A stretch of 64,000 nucleotides of DNA, taken from IMG/VR virus record IMGVR_UViG_3300024239_000016, positions 49,678-113,677 of that record. One strand, written 5' to 3'. Source of the DNA: a virus. Of the stretch, positions 26,555-36,849 are shown one piece after another (position 1 is the stretch's first letter; each line of letters begins with the position of its first letter). A program made the translations under genes and the position numbers. The notes under the pieces were generated by a model. The model was not told the DNA's origin. It saw only the letters and a list, made by a program, of their open reading frames with translations, and ran no database searches.

Positions 26555-26887
26555 ATGAAAAAAGCCGCGATTCGCGATTTCACCAAGATACCTACTAATT
26601 GGCAGTTTGTTGTTATTGCCAATGATGGTAATGCCATTGCATTACCAGTTAACAGAACTCCAATGATTTTAGCAGGCGCTATTCATTTAACAGAACAGCG
26701 AATGAAGTCGGACATTACCGCTGGCGCCCTGCAGCCATATGTCATCTACGGTATAGCGTTGATTGGCATTGGCAACTGGCGCATTGTGTTTGCCAGGCAA
26801 TATAGCGACGGTAACATCACCCCTCGGCTGGTCGATCTCACCGAAGAGACAAATGCAAAAATAATGCGGTGCATCTACCCATTTTGA
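26555..26887 (+). CDS. hypothetical protein
   Basis: GAAGGT RBS; flanked by hairpins. Confidence 0.65.
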   Translation: MKKAAIRDFTKIPTNWQFVVIANDGNAIALPVNRTPMILAGAIHLTEQRMKSDITAGALQPYVIYGIALIGIGNWRIVFARQYSDGNITPRLVDLTEETNAKIMRCIYPF

Positions 26888-27025
26888 TGTAGAGCACGCG
26901 GCCAAGATCTCCTGGCCGCGTGCTCCTTTTTTTTTATGTGCTTTAGCCATTTATATTTACATATAACAGCATTGATAAGCTTTAGCAACATCGCTAAAGA
27001 GATCATCCATGCCAAGGAGAAAATC

Positions 27026-27484
27026 ATGGAAAAGCAAATTGCTCGTCGCGCCAAGCGTTTTACAGAAGTGTATGAGGCTGCCGAACAGATTCCATTCAAA
27101 ACGGAATGGTCCAATGGCACCGGCTATTTCAACTTCGCAGTTGGCGCCAGTCGCCGCCCATCGCCGCATGCCCCGGTAATTCCGGTTGGCGAGGTTCGTG
27201 CATCAGCGACACCGACCGGCCGCCGGTTGTTGTTCATCTCGACCTATCTCGGTCTGATGGTGATCTTTGATCGCTATGACGATCGTAAAGATGTCTTCAC
27301 TTACAATGAAGACGACCGAATTCGGTCGGGACGCTGGGTATCGGAGCGTGCTATTTCGGACGACGACATGGAGTTCCTTCTTGGGCTCCAAGGCGCATCT
27401 ACGATCCGGGGTGGTATCGCTGATGTGATTCGTGAAGTTCGCGAGCACATCATCACAGACCTCAAGAAAGGAAAGGGGGCGTGA
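27026..27484 (+). CDS. hypothetical protein
   Basis: AAGGAG RBS before ATG 27026. Confidence 0.7.
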   Translation: MEKQIARRAKRFTEVYEAAEQIPFKTEWSNGTGYFNFAVGASRRPSPHAPVIPVGEVRASATPTGRRLLFISTYLGLMVIFDRYDDRKDVFTYNEDDRIRSGRWVSERAISDDDMEFLLGLQGASTIRGGIADVIREVREHIITDLKKGKGA

Positions 27485-27485
27485 G

Positions 27486-27845
27486 ATGAAAATCAAGTTT
27501 AACAGCTCCTTGCCCGATGCCCCAGGTTTCTCCAAGGAGACTTCGACTGAAGAATTGCTGGCAATCTTCTTGTCAATCTCTCAGCTGGTCAAGGATTGTC
27601 ATAGCGATCCAGTCATTCATCAGTGGGTATTTCTCAACGGATACATTTTCATCCTTGGCAACTTCGGCAAACTGGCGTTCAATAGAACGTTTACCGCTAA
27701 GCTGTCAACCGCAACATCCGTGTGGATTGGAGACCACAATGGCCAAAAGATCCGAATGGATTCGCCAAATGAGTTTGGTATATCGACCCTGCTAACACTT
27801 TTGGGTCGCGCGCCATATGGCGTGTATCAGATCGACGAGGAATGA
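27486..27845 (+). CDS. hypothetical protein
   Basis: ATG directly after the previous stop. Confidence 0.6.
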   Translation: MKIKFNSSLPDAPGFSKETSTEELLAIFLSISQLVKDCHSDPVIHQWVFLNGYIFILGNFGKLAFNRTFTAKLSTATSVWIGDHNGQKIRMDSPNEFGISTLLTLLGRAPYGVYQIDEE

Positions 27846-27942
27846 AGATGGACAGTGCTGAATTGTGTTTTGTAGCGTCATTGGTTGGTCTGGCTGTATT
27901 TTCTATCTACCAGATCAGTAAACTTTTTTGAAGGAGAAAATC

Positions 27943-28458
27943 GTGTTGAACCAAATCAAAGCAGTGGTGTTTTGGGCAGTTGTCGCAGTTACTGCTCTTG
28001 TTCTCACTGGTTGCAGTGATGAAGCCAAGACGACTGATACCAAGTCGCCGACCGGCGTAGTTGTTGCCGCTGTGGATGAGAATCCCGGCTGGCTCAGCTC
28101 TTTTGGCCAGGGCGTGCATGAGTACAGCGCGGCCAGTTCTACCGGTCAGCTGACAATCGCTTGTATGGATGGTGACAATGTCCATGCCATTGCCACTATC
28201 TCCGGCCAGGATTACTCATCCCTGACCTATGAAAGCCAGTTTGACGTTGAACTGGATGGTGTTGTGATCGAAGCCCCGTTTGCTCTCCCGAGTCGTGGTG
28301 ATGGCGAAAAGGCTGATGTCTTCTGGGCTGCTATGCGCAACGCAAAAACCATAGCAGTGATCAAAAATGGGCAACGTGCTGAGATTCCCACCAAGGGAAT
28401 CAAGGAGACAGTTCCCGAGTTGAATAGCGCCGCTAGCGCTTGCCAGCTCACGTGGTGA
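27943..28458 (+). CDS. lipoprotein
   Basis: AAGGAG RBS, GTG start; signal peptide with lipobox LTGC. Confidence 0.75.
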   Translation: MLNQIKAVVFWAVVAVTALVLTGCSDEAKTTDTKSPTGVVVAAVDENPGWLSSFGQGVHEYSAASSTGQLTIACMDGDNVHAIATISGQDYSSLTYESQFDVELDGVVIEAPFALPSRGDGEKADVFWAAMRNAKTIAVIKNGQRAEIPTKGIKETVPELNSAASACQLTW

Positions 28459-28514
28459 TTAAGAGCCCCCTGAACGGGGGGCTTTTTTTTTTACTTTAAA
28501 AAAAATAATAAGTG

Positions 28515-28522
28515 TATATTAC
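28515..28522 (+). promoter_or_regulatory. early promoter motif TATATTAC
   Basis: exact phiKZ early consensus after an AT-rich tract. Confidence 0.6.
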
Positions 28523-28553
28523 TAAAGTGTTACAACCTACGGAGTGACTTAAA

Positions 28554-28868
28554 ATGGAAATCGAAATTGGTGATCGTTCTGTCAGCCACTTACGAGTCTG
28601 CGACGAATGTGAGGGTGTGTATTCCAAGAGCATTGAACCGAACCAAGAGGAGTGGGAAGATATTCTGAGAAAGGCAGAATTAGGACTACTCATCATTACC
28701 GAATCGGCAGATGATATCGATGTTCGTGAATCGTATTTCGTTTGTGCCGATTGCAATAATTCCACCCACATAGATGATACTAGCGGAGAAGATCTCCGTA
28801 AACCGGAAGATGACGAAATCATCTTTCCCCACCCGTTTTTCAAAGCTGATTTTACCAAGCCAAAATAA
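28554..28868 (+). CDS. acidic Zn-ribbon protein
   Basis: CDEC...CADC; GGAG RBS. Confidence 0.65.
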   Translation: MEIEIGDRSVSHLRVCDECEGVYSKSIEPNQEEWEDILRKAELGLLIITESADDIDVRESYFVCADCNNSTHIDDTSGEDLRKPEDDEIIFPHPFFKADFTKPK

Positions 28869-28922
28869 TGTTTACAAAAAAACAGGCCTTGGCTCAGCTA
28901 TTTCCAAATGTAAAGGAAAATC

Positions 28923-29666
28923 ATGACCAAGTTTGCCATTGTCTCTACCAAGCTGGTAGATCCGAAACACGATGAGATTTTGCAACTCAGTAGCCTAGTC
29001 AATGAAATTAAGCTGCTGAGAAACCCCGAAGAAAAGATTGAATTACTCGATCTGGATACCGATAGCCGTTCATGGGAAGACCCAATAACTATCCAGATTG
29101 ACCCATTCACCTACAACTACCAACATCACTTTGTTTATAAGCTGACAAATCAGCTCGGTAAAACATGGTATTTTGGTGGTCGCGATATCAGCTTTCTAGC
29201 TCTGGTCGCGCTTGCTGTTCAGCGCAATGTGTCTTTTGTACCTGGCGAAGGTAGCGAGTATTTCTGGTTACTGAATAAGCATGTGGCTGTTTCCAGAACG
29301 ATCGACCGAGTAGATCATGGGTCAAGAAGGATCTACGCGCAGACTGTTATTTCCGATCTCATCGGAAGTGATGAAGTCATCGAAAACTTCTTACGTGGCA
29401 GGACGTTGAGCTCTGTTGCAGCCCAAGCACAAGAAGTTTTTGAGCAGTTGCTGATTCAACGCAATAGTCAGCAGTGCGGTTGTATTCCACAGCACCATCT
29501 TTTCTATATGGTACTTGAGGATCACGTACTGGGAGTAAACAACGACGACTATACTGAGAAGCGCTACTTTGAGCAATTCAAAGATCGCCTAAACTTGCGC
29601 GATAAAGATCGCCTGAACTCGATCAATGAAGCGTGGGAAAAGTATTGGTTGAAATCTGGAATTTAA
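28923..29666 (+). CDS. hypothetical protein
   Basis: AAGGA RBS; 247 aa. Confidence 0.7.
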   Translation: MTKFAIVSTKLVDPKHDEILQLSSLVNEIKLLRNPEEKIELLDLDTDSRSWEDPITIQIDPFTYNYQHHFVYKLTNQLGKTWYFGGRDISFLALVALAVQRNVSFVPGEGSEYFWLLNKHVAVSRTIDRVDHGSRRIYAQTVISDLIGSDEVIENFLRGRTLSSVAAQAQEVFEQLLIQRNSQQCGCIPQHHLFYMVLEDHVLGVNNDDYTEKRYFEQFKDRLNLRDKDRLNSINEAWEKYWLKSGI

Positions 29667-29704
29667 TACATGGCGCCCTAAGGGCGCCATGTATTTTTAT
29701 TTTA

Positions 29705-30184
29705 TTAAAATTTACGCTTTTCCAATTCCCATTTAAGGGCATTTACTATTGGGCGCTTAGGATTAGTAGCAAGCCTATAAGCTGTAACTCCAGCCATGAT
29801 AAGCTTATGCCGCCATTTCTCAACACCCAGAACTTTCATCGCCTCATCGAAAATTTCATCGATCTCTTTACGATCGATTGTTTCCACAGAAACCACACCA
29901 TCGCGAATACGCGTGCACATATATCGCTCGCACAAATAATCATGCAGAACAGTAGCTTGTCCGTAAGATCCCCAAGCTGGGATCAGAGTGTTCACTGGAA
30001 AGAAAACACTAGCGCCATCGGATAAAAATCCAGCCGGTACATCTACCCAGCGGGCCGATCCTAGCGCACCAATGTAATAACGAAAAGCATGCGCTGTCCG
30101 CCAATAATCCTTACCCAGTGCGACAGATGCTTCTTTATCGTAAATCATCGCAGATGGACTATCGAAAAGTGTAAAGCTGCTCAT
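29705..30184 (-). CDS. DUF1353 family protein
   Basis: VPAGFLSDGAS...ATVLHDYL...F.EAM..LGV signature. Confidence 0.8.
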   Translation of the reverse strand: MSSFTLFDSPSAMIYDKEASVALGKDYWRTAHAFRYYIGALGSARWVDVPAGFLSDGASVFFPVNTLIPAWGSYGQATVLHDYLCERYMCTRIRDGVVSVETIDRKEIDEIFDEAMKVLGVEKWRHKLIMAGVTAYRLATNPKRPIVNALKWELEKRKF

Positions 30185-30268
30185 TAGCGCCCCCTAAATG
30201 TTTTTAATGCTCATTAAATACAGTAAAAAATAGTAGCAGCTATAACTGAGATGACCGGAGGATAGTAA

Positions 30269-30826
30269 GTGATCGATTCCCTTCTAAAGAATTTTAACGA
30301 GCCATCATTTGCATTGTTAAAAGCGATTGCTAATAAACCAATGCAAGTATCGTATATTTCATTTAAACAAGAGGTAGGATTCTACGCAGCTGTTGTAAGT
30401 GGATTTTCACTTAAGTCATTAATTAGAGATTTGGAAGGGCTAACTGGAGATGAGTTAGAGAACTTTATAACTACAATCTCATTGATCGTTGGCGAGTTTC
30501 TGTACGAGTATATCACCATTGGAATGGATGTAATTCTTGCGACTTGCTCTAATCCAAGTAAAAACAACTACAATCATTTCAGTCAATCTTCTACCAATGA
30601 ACTTACAAAAACAATCCTAAGAAAATACATAGAAGAAAGAATAAAAACCAAAAGCACTGATTTTGATAAATTAACGTTTACCCTAATCGCTGAGACAGAT
30701 AGCGAACAGAATTACGGCAAAGATGTAACTGGATTTGTTTTTAAAGCATCAGTGATAAATCCTGATAACCCTAATAAAGAAACGCGCAAGCTAATCTCTT
30801 GCGAGCTAAGATATCGATGCAATTAA
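30269..30826 (+). CDS. hypothetical protein
   Basis: GGAGG RBS, GTG start. Confidence 0.6.
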   Translation: MIDSLLKNFNEPSFALLKAIANKPMQVSYISFKQEVGFYAAVVSGFSLKSLIRDLEGLTGDELENFITTISLIVGEFLYEYITIGMDVILATCSNPSKNNYNHFSQSSTNELTKTILRKYIEERIKTKSTDFDKLTFTLIAETDSEQNYGKDVTGFVFKASVINPDNPNKETRKLISCELRYRCN

Positions 30827-30842
30827 ATAACAAGGAGCGCTA

Positions 30843-32123
30843 ATGCCTTATTACACCTCAGAAGGTAAGATCAGCCTGATTCCGTCATCGGCTGAAATCG
30901 CCAGCAAATTAAAAGTTGGCACCTACACTGTCGTGCAAGATCGAGATAATAAAACCTACTATCTCGAAATAACAGCAGATATGGAAAACTCCGAAGGTCT
31001 CTTCGGCCTGAAGGAACGAGCCGAACGAGTCGTGAGGACATTCCTCGATCGCAAGCGCAGCACTGGCGTTCTTGCAAAAGGACCGCAAGGTACCGGCAAG
31101 ACTGAACTGGTGCGCTGTATTTCCTACACCTTGCGCCAAATGGGCATTCCGACCATTTTGGTCAATGGTTCGTTTCGTGGACCAGAGTTTATTCAGTTCA
31201 TGACCGACATTACGGATATCTGTTTTGTTGTTTTTGATGAGTTCGAAAAGAATTTCTCGATGTCAGAACAAAATCAACTACTTACGCTCTTCTCCGGAGT
31301 AAGCAGTGGTAAGAAGTTGTTTCTGCTGACTGCCAATGACGGCAATGCCATCAGTAAGTACTTTAACAGCAGACCAGGGCGTTTGCTGTATTCGTTTACA
31401 ATGACTGGTCTTTCGCCTGAAGACATCCGTGCTTACAGCGAAAAGCACCTGAAGAATAAAGATCATCTGGAAGACCTGATAGCTTTTGCGCAAGCTAAGG
31501 TTGTTTTCACTGTCGATATGCTTGAGTCTGTGATCGAGGAAATGAACAGATACAACGAATCGATCGAGGATATCAAGGACTTCATCAATATCGCCGATAT
31601 TGCGGATTACGCTTGCTATGTTGGTTTGTTGACTGATAAAGACGGGTTAGTCGTCTGTACTCAGTCTGTTTCTCTGAACTCAACTCCACCACAGCTGAGT
31701 AATCGCCAACTGAACTTCCGTGTTTTGGTAAACGAATACACGGATCACGAAGGTAAAGTAGTGCCGCTCGAGAAGCCGCAAGAAACCATGGAGCAGCACG
31801 TAATCAAGCAAAGCAATTTGCTCGCGCTCAATCGGCAAAACAAAACGTATGTGTATAGATCAACAAATGGCCGGATGATTGCTCTTCTGCAATCATCTTT
31901 GTTTGGGAGTAATGCTGATCCAGATGACTGGCAATCACGAAACGTCATCTCCGATGATCAGCAAACGGAAATCTTTGAAACCATTCGCAATCACCCGTGG
32001 TACAACGATGAAAAATCAATCACCACATCCGTTTCATCAGGCCTTGCGAAAGCTGTTACCGCAGCAATGGCCCCTAAAACAGATAGTACCAAGATGCTCA
32101 CAGCGTCAATCACAGGGCTATGA
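30843..32123 (+). CDS. AAA-family ATPase
   Basis: Walker A GPQGTGKT, Walker B VVFDEFEK, sensor-1 TAN, RPGR arginine finger. Confidence 0.85.
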   Translation: MPYYTSEGKISLIPSSAEIASKLKVGTYTVVQDRDNKTYYLEITADMENSEGLFGLKERAERVVRTFLDRKRSTGVLAKGPQGTGKTELVRCISYTLRQMGIPTILVNGSFRGPEFIQFMTDITDICFVVFDEFEKNFSMSEQNQLLTLFSGVSSGKKLFLLTANDGNAISKYFNSRPGRLLYSFTMTGLSPEDIRAYSEKHLKNKDHLEDLIAFAQAKVVFTVDMLESVIEEMNRYNESIEDIKDFINIADIADYACYVGLLTDKDGLVVCTQSVSLNSTPPQLSNRQLNFRVLVNEYTDHEGKVVPLEKPQETMEQHVIKQSNLLALNRQNKTYVYRSTNGRMIALLQSSLFGSNADPDDWQSRNVISDDQQTEIFETIRNHPWYNDEKSITTSVSSGLAKAVTAAMAPKTDSTKMLTASITGL

Positions 32124-32254
32124 GGTCGGTTATATCTGTGGATTTGCAAAAGGCATAAGTAGTGCCATAGTTTTCGTTAGTCTAATTCTGATTTTAATTT
32201 GAGATTACAGGTGGGGATCCCCACCTGTAATCTCGTCTTTTATGGAGTAAGTGA

Positions 32255-32689
32255 ATGTCTGCTTCAATGTCGGCTGATGTTTGTATCCCGGTTGTGATCC
32301 GTATCGCTCGTATCAATGGTGGTCGCGATATGGTGCCTGCTGTACTCGCAATTCCGGAGGATGTGTTTGATGCAACCAATGAGAATCAGCGTCTCTTGTT
32401 GGTCTCCCAATACGCTTTTGATGACATGAAAAAAGTCAATGACAATCAAAACAATAGCGGTACATTGATATCAGTCAGCGGCCCTGACAAGATCGAACGA
32501 CTCTTTTTCATCGAATCGTTCAGTGATCACTTGGATAGCTCGACGGAAAAACTGGTACGCATGGTTGCCGCCACATCGCCCAAGCCCGTGACCGCTACTG
32601 GCTCTACGGCAAAGGTAATACGCCGCATGTTGCGCGACCAAGCAATCGAGCGCGTTGGAAAAGGAGAAATAAATAAATGCGCAGCTTAA
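32255..32689 (+). CDS. hypothetical protein
   Basis: GGAG RBS. Confidence 0.6.
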   Translation: MSASMSADVCIPVVIRIARINGGRDMVPAVLAIPEDVFDATNENQRLLLVSQYAFDDMKKVNDNQNNSGTLISVSGPDKIERLFFIESFSDHLDSSTEKLVRMVAATSPKPVTATGSTAKVIRRMLRDQAIERVGKGEINKCAA

Positions 32690-33453
32690 TCACTTTACTT
32701 AAGTGGCGAGCTTTAGGTGGGATCCCAACTTTCCTTGTCATCGAAGGATTGGACGGATCTGGTAAATCTACACTCTGTAAGCAAATAGCTTGCGAGCTGC
32801 TAGACCCTGAGATGGACATACCGACAATCATGTTACGCGAACCAGGCGGAACTACTGGCGGTGAGATACTTCGTAGACTGATTATGGAGAATCCCCTCAA
32901 TCAGTCCACTACGGCATTAGCTATGACGCTTTCGCGTGCTCTGTTAAACTCAGAGGTAATTCTTCCTGTCATGAGAGCCGACTACACCGGTAAAACAGCT
33001 CCAGTGATCATTTGTGATCGGTACATTCGTTCTACTTTTGCTTACCAAATAGCAAATGACGATTCGCAAATTGCTGACGCCAATCGCAAGATGGTGAGCC
33101 GGTTACACGATCATTATGTCTCGGCTAAGGAAATGGCGCTACCGGATTTCGAGATCGTTTTAGACGTAGATTTCAGCACGTCTATACGCAGGTTAAGCTT
33201 TCGCAACTCTGCTGAGATTAACCGGCTAGATATTGTGATCGAAACAGACGATAAGAGCCAATACGAGGAAAAAAGAAAGCTATTTGAAGCTCGTCGCGCT
33301 GCCATGATCGGCGATTACGAAATATGGCTTAAACAAGTCAGGGATAAATGCCCTGCTACTCTCGCTAAGGAAAAGCATTCGTACTTTAACGCGAGTACAG
33401 AGTTCTCCGATCTACTTAGAATGATAGATTTTCATTTCTTGCAGTTTCTGTAA
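32677..33453 (+). CDS. tmk: thymidylate kinase
   Basis: EGLDGSGKST P-loop, REPGGT, DRY, YQ and PD motifs. Confidence 0.85.
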   Translation: MRSLITLLKWRALGGIPTFLVIEGLDGSGKSTLCKQIACELLDPEMDIPTIMLREPGGTTGGEILRRLIMENPLNQSTTALAMTLSRALLNSEVILPVMRADYTGKTAPVIICDRYIRSTFAYQIANDDSQIADANRKMVSRLHDHYVSAKEMALPDFEIVLDVDFSTSIRRLSFRNSAEINRLDIVIETDDKSQYEEKRKLFEARRAAMIGDYEIWLKQVRDKCPATLAKEKHSYFNASTEFSDLLRMIDFHFLQFL

Positions 33454-33516
33454 TTGAGTGAGCGGTAAATTCAAGAGCCTACCCAGGCTCTTTTTTTTTA
33501 ATTCAAGGAGAATATC

Positions 33517-34278
33517 GTGGCTCTATTGAAATTAGGTTCCAAAGGTTTTGAAGTTGGTGCAGTTCAAGGCGCGCTTGGCTTGCCTGTAACAAACGTCTAT
33601 GACAAACCAACCATGGAGAAAGTGCGCGAGTTCCAAGCCAAATCTGGTCTTCTGAATGATGGCATCTTCGGGCCAACGACCCGTAACCAATTGTTTGGTA
33701 TGACCAAAAACGTCATTACCGAACAAGCCTATACAGAGTGCGCAAAACGCCTTGATGTAGAGCCAGCAATTCTGAAAGCGTTCGCCACTGTCGAGTCCCG
33801 CGGTGATGGATTCCTGACTGACGGACGAGCAAAGATTCTGTATGAGCGCCATTGGGCCTACAAGCTCCTCGAACAAAAGGGCATGGATGTTGAGAACATG
33901 CAGCTTCTCATTCCTCGGCTGGTGAATAAAACACCGGGCGATTACCTGGATGGTGCCGGCTCGTGGGAAAAATTCGAGATCATGGAAATGATCGATATGG
34001 ACGTCGCGATCCAGTGCTGCTCGTGGGGTACCTTCCAGATCATGGGCTTTCACTGGAAAGAGCAAGAGTGCAGTTCACCGCTTGAGTTCATGCAGAAAGC
34101 GATGACTAACTCTACAGCTCATCTTGAAATGTTAGCTGAGTTTATCCGCGACAATGCCAAGTTACACAAGGCTATCCGTGAAAAGAACTTCTTGTTAATG
34201 GCGCAAATCTACAATGGTCCAAATCAAAAGGGCTACGACAAAGCCATGGCCGAGGCTTTCTCTCGTTACTCAAAGTAA
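33517..34278 (+). CDS. modular endolysin: peptidoglycan-binding domain plus N-acetylmuramidase (DUF3380 type)
   Basis: LKLGSKG...FQ...GL..DGIFGPTT binding domain; VES, ILYERH, SWGTFQIMGFH and YNG motifs. Confidence 0.9.
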   Translation: MALLKLGSKGFEVGAVQGALGLPVTNVYDKPTMEKVREFQAKSGLLNDGIFGPTTRNQLFGMTKNVITEQAYTECAKRLDVEPAILKAFATVESRGDGFLTDGRAKILYERHWAYKLLEQKGMDVENMQLLIPRLVNKTPGDYLDGAGSWEKFEIMEMIDMDVAIQCCSWGTFQIMGFHWKEQECSSPLEFMQKAMTNSTAHLEMLAEFIRDNAKLHKAIREKNFLLMAQIYNGPNQKGYDKAMAEAFSRYSK

Positions 34279-34293
34279 ACAATTTTTTAACGA

Positions 34294-34301
34294 TATATTA
34301 C
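34294..34301 (+). promoter_or_regulatory. early promoter motif TATATTAC
   Basis: exact consensus. Confidence 0.6.
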
Positions 34302-34307
34302 TGTAAT

Positions 34308-34625
34308 GAGCATAGTCGTAAGTGTCCTACTCACTTCCTATGTTCCACTCCGTTCTGACTAGCGCAAGATGGTTAGAATGCGAGTCGTTTGTTTGGTGGT
34401 AGTCGATGCACCCGGAGCCTGCTTCTTAACCGCAGGTACTGGCTCTCTCGATGCGGACCCACTAAGCAAATTAACGCCGTCCAAATGCAACACCGGTGTA
34501 AGCGTTTGGATGTGCTGCTGAGAGCGCAGCTGTTAGCCCAACTGGGCTAACAGATGTCTTTTCATCAATCTCTTAATACAGGCGTTAAGAGACGTAGGGA
34601 GTTCTGGTGAGCAGCCTGATCGCCA
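34308..34625 (+). ncRNA. structured leader or sRNA
   Basis: about seven consecutive hairpins between the promoter and gene 34656. Confidence 0.4.
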
Positions 34626-34655
34626 AAATACTTTTCAATCAAGAGGAAACAACTC

Positions 34656-35135
34656 ATGACCACCGTTACCGCCGAAGTCGATGTCAAAGGTCACAAGGAC
34701 TCGACACAACTGATCATCACCAAAATCAACGACCTCAAGGGCATCGTGCTGGAATCCACCGGCTCATCCGTGATCGCCGATGGCGTTTTCGAAAAGACCC
34801 TGCCCGAAGGCATGACCGCCGATACCGTCGCCAGCGTCCTGTCGCACATCAATGACTTCAATGCCGCCGCCGCCGATGTCGCCACTTCCCAGGCCGTCCC
34901 GTTCATCGTCTCGAATCCCGAATTCACTGCCGAACTCTCCGTTCCCCTGGTCAAGGGCAGCGCAATCAATCTGCTGATCGAAGGTACCAAGGAAACCTCG
35001 GATGGCAAGGGCGGGCGTCAAACCGTTCATGGCAGCGTTGCCAGCAAGCTGACCGTTCGTGGTTGGAAGGCCGGCGGCTTCGGTATCGTCAAGTCCCAGT
35101 TCCGTGCGGCTTGCACTGCCGGTCTGAACAAGTAA
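34656..35135 (+). CDS. hypothetical protein, probably highly expressed
   Basis: GAGGA RBS; strong C-ending codon bias like chimallin. Confidence 0.75.
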   Translation: MTTVTAEVDVKGHKDSTQLIITKINDLKGIVLESTGSSVIADGVFEKTLPEGMTADTVASVLSHINDFNAAAADVATSQAVPFIVSNPEFTAELSVPLVKGSAINLLIEGTKETSDGKGGRQTVHGSVASKLTVRGWKAGGFGIVKSQFRAACTAGLNK

Positions 35136-35225
35136 CAACAACCAGGCTTAAGTACTGACCTCCCCATATGGGGAGGTCAGTTACTACCTTGTATGTTGTG
35201 ATTAGTCTTTTTTTTTAAGGGGAGC

Positions 35226-35591
35226 ATGATGAACAATCTGTCGCCGGAGAAAGCTAGGCTTAGCAAGCTACTCAGAGCTCGCTTACGCGCACGATCGCGG
35301 TTAGTTGAGATGCTCCTATTAGACGGAGCTGAAAACGAACCTGTGTCGATTATAGCATAGCTGCAAGCACTAATAGCTGAGATCAATTTCTTTCAGATTC
35401 AGATATTCGAATTAAATCAAGAAACATCCGATGAGCTATCCAAACAAGCTGGCCATCATCTTTATGTAGAGCTATCTACATCTGGTCTAAGTAGAGGCAC
35501 TGACGATATTTTAAAGTTGTCTCAAGCTATGCGCGCTAGTAAAACATCATCGCTCATATGTCAGGTAGAGCCGATCAGGAGAGTTAAATGA
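35226..35591 (+). pseudogene. gene with an internal in-frame amber codon
   Basis: GGGGAG RBS, ATG 35226, TAG 35358-60; frame stays open to TGA 35589-91, which overlaps the next ATG. Confidence 0.55.
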
Positions 35592-36799
35592 ATTCAATCA
35601 AAGAGGTATTTGATACGCTTTGCGGCGACCTCAAAATCGATACCCGCCTTATGAATCTAATCAAAGCCTTTCGCATTGGCTTTGTAAATAAGAACAGCGA
35701 CCACATTGACTTCTTCGGTGGACATCTGACAGGAGTCCACTCGATCAAGTTTACCAATGCGGACTACTTCCGCTGGTTTACCGAGATTGTGCAAGTGGAT
35801 GAAGCTGAGTTAAAGGCAGCCTTACATAGTCTCCCGACTATTGATAAGACACGTAAGGTTTCGTCAAATCCACTTTACCTATCATGTCTGTGGCTTGCTC
35901 ATAAATTCCATAATTCGCCACTTTTAAAAGAAGACAAGAAACACGAAGCAATCGTAGAAACTTTCTTAGTGATGAATTTCCGTTTCATCACGCAGCTGCA
36001 TAGAAAATATTTTCCTTTTCCAGCTAGGCGCGAAGTAGCTGAAGCAGCCCACGCTGAACTCTCGATGAAGTTTCGTTTGAAAGCCGATGGCAACTGGCTA
36101 AATTCTCTTGAAATTCGCTCTACTCACATCTATGAGAAATACAGCGACGTAATCGCTAAATTCAACGATGATAAGAAAATTACAGATTGCCTAAGTGATG
36201 CTCAAGGTCGTATTAATAATCGCCTCAAGAACATTACTGGTGTATTCCGAGATATTCACCGCGCTGGTAAGACAATGAGATCCGTGTCTGATACAGTCGG
36301 TTTCGATGGCGCTAATATACTTCGCGATAAGGTGAATAGCGTCACGCTGTATAAACAGTATATCTTGTCAGCTCTCATCGATGAGCGTACATTTATCAAG
36401 GAAGAAATTCTGGACGTAGTGATGCGTATTCTGCCCGCTGTCCCAGAGAAACATTTCCGTACAACTCTTATCTGGATGGTAAAGAATTTTGGTAATGCTA
36501 AAAGTGGCATTATCGAAACCGTTGTAGATGAGCTGCTGACTCACTCGTTTACGTATCTGTCAAAGAACAAATCCTTAGTGACAGGGTCTGTTGATTTGGT
36601 CTCCCTGCTTTCGAATCTACGAGGTATCTATACGTCATCCAGAACGAAAGAAGATGCTCTTATTAAGTTACGCGATGACATCGAAGGAATTGTAGAGACC
36701 GCTACTGGTATCCATAATCGTAACAACTTAGCTGCAATTCGTACAGCGGTTATGTTGTATATCGTTACACGAGCCTACACTCGTAACCACTATGCATAA
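35588..36799 (+). CDS. conserved phiKZ-like virion structural protein (gp32-like)
   Basis: NKN.DH..FFGG.LTGV..F motif; synteny next to tube/sheath genes. Confidence 0.65.
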   Translation: MNSIKEVFDTLCGDLKIDTRLMNLIKAFRIGFVNKNSDHIDFFGGHLTGVHSIKFTNADYFRWFTEIVQVDEAELKAALHSLPTIDKTRKVSSNPLYLSCLWLAHKFHNSPLLKEDKKHEAIVETFLVMNFRFITQLHRKYFPFPARREVAEAAHAELSMKFRLKADGNWLNSLEIRSTHIYEKYSDVIAKFNDDKKITDCLSDAQGRINNRLKNITGVFRDIHRAGKTMRSVSDTVGFDGANILRDKVNSVTLYKQYILSALIDERTFIKEEILDVVMRILPAVPEKHFRTTLIWMVKNFGNAKSGIIETVVDELLTHSFTYLSKNKSLVTGSVDLVSLLSNLRGIYTSSRTKEDALIKLRDDIEGIVETATGIHNRNNLAAIRTAVMLYIVTRAYTRNHYA

Positions 36800-36849
36800 G
36801 GCATAATAATACAGCCCGCCATTGGCGGGCTGTATTAGAATTTATGACG

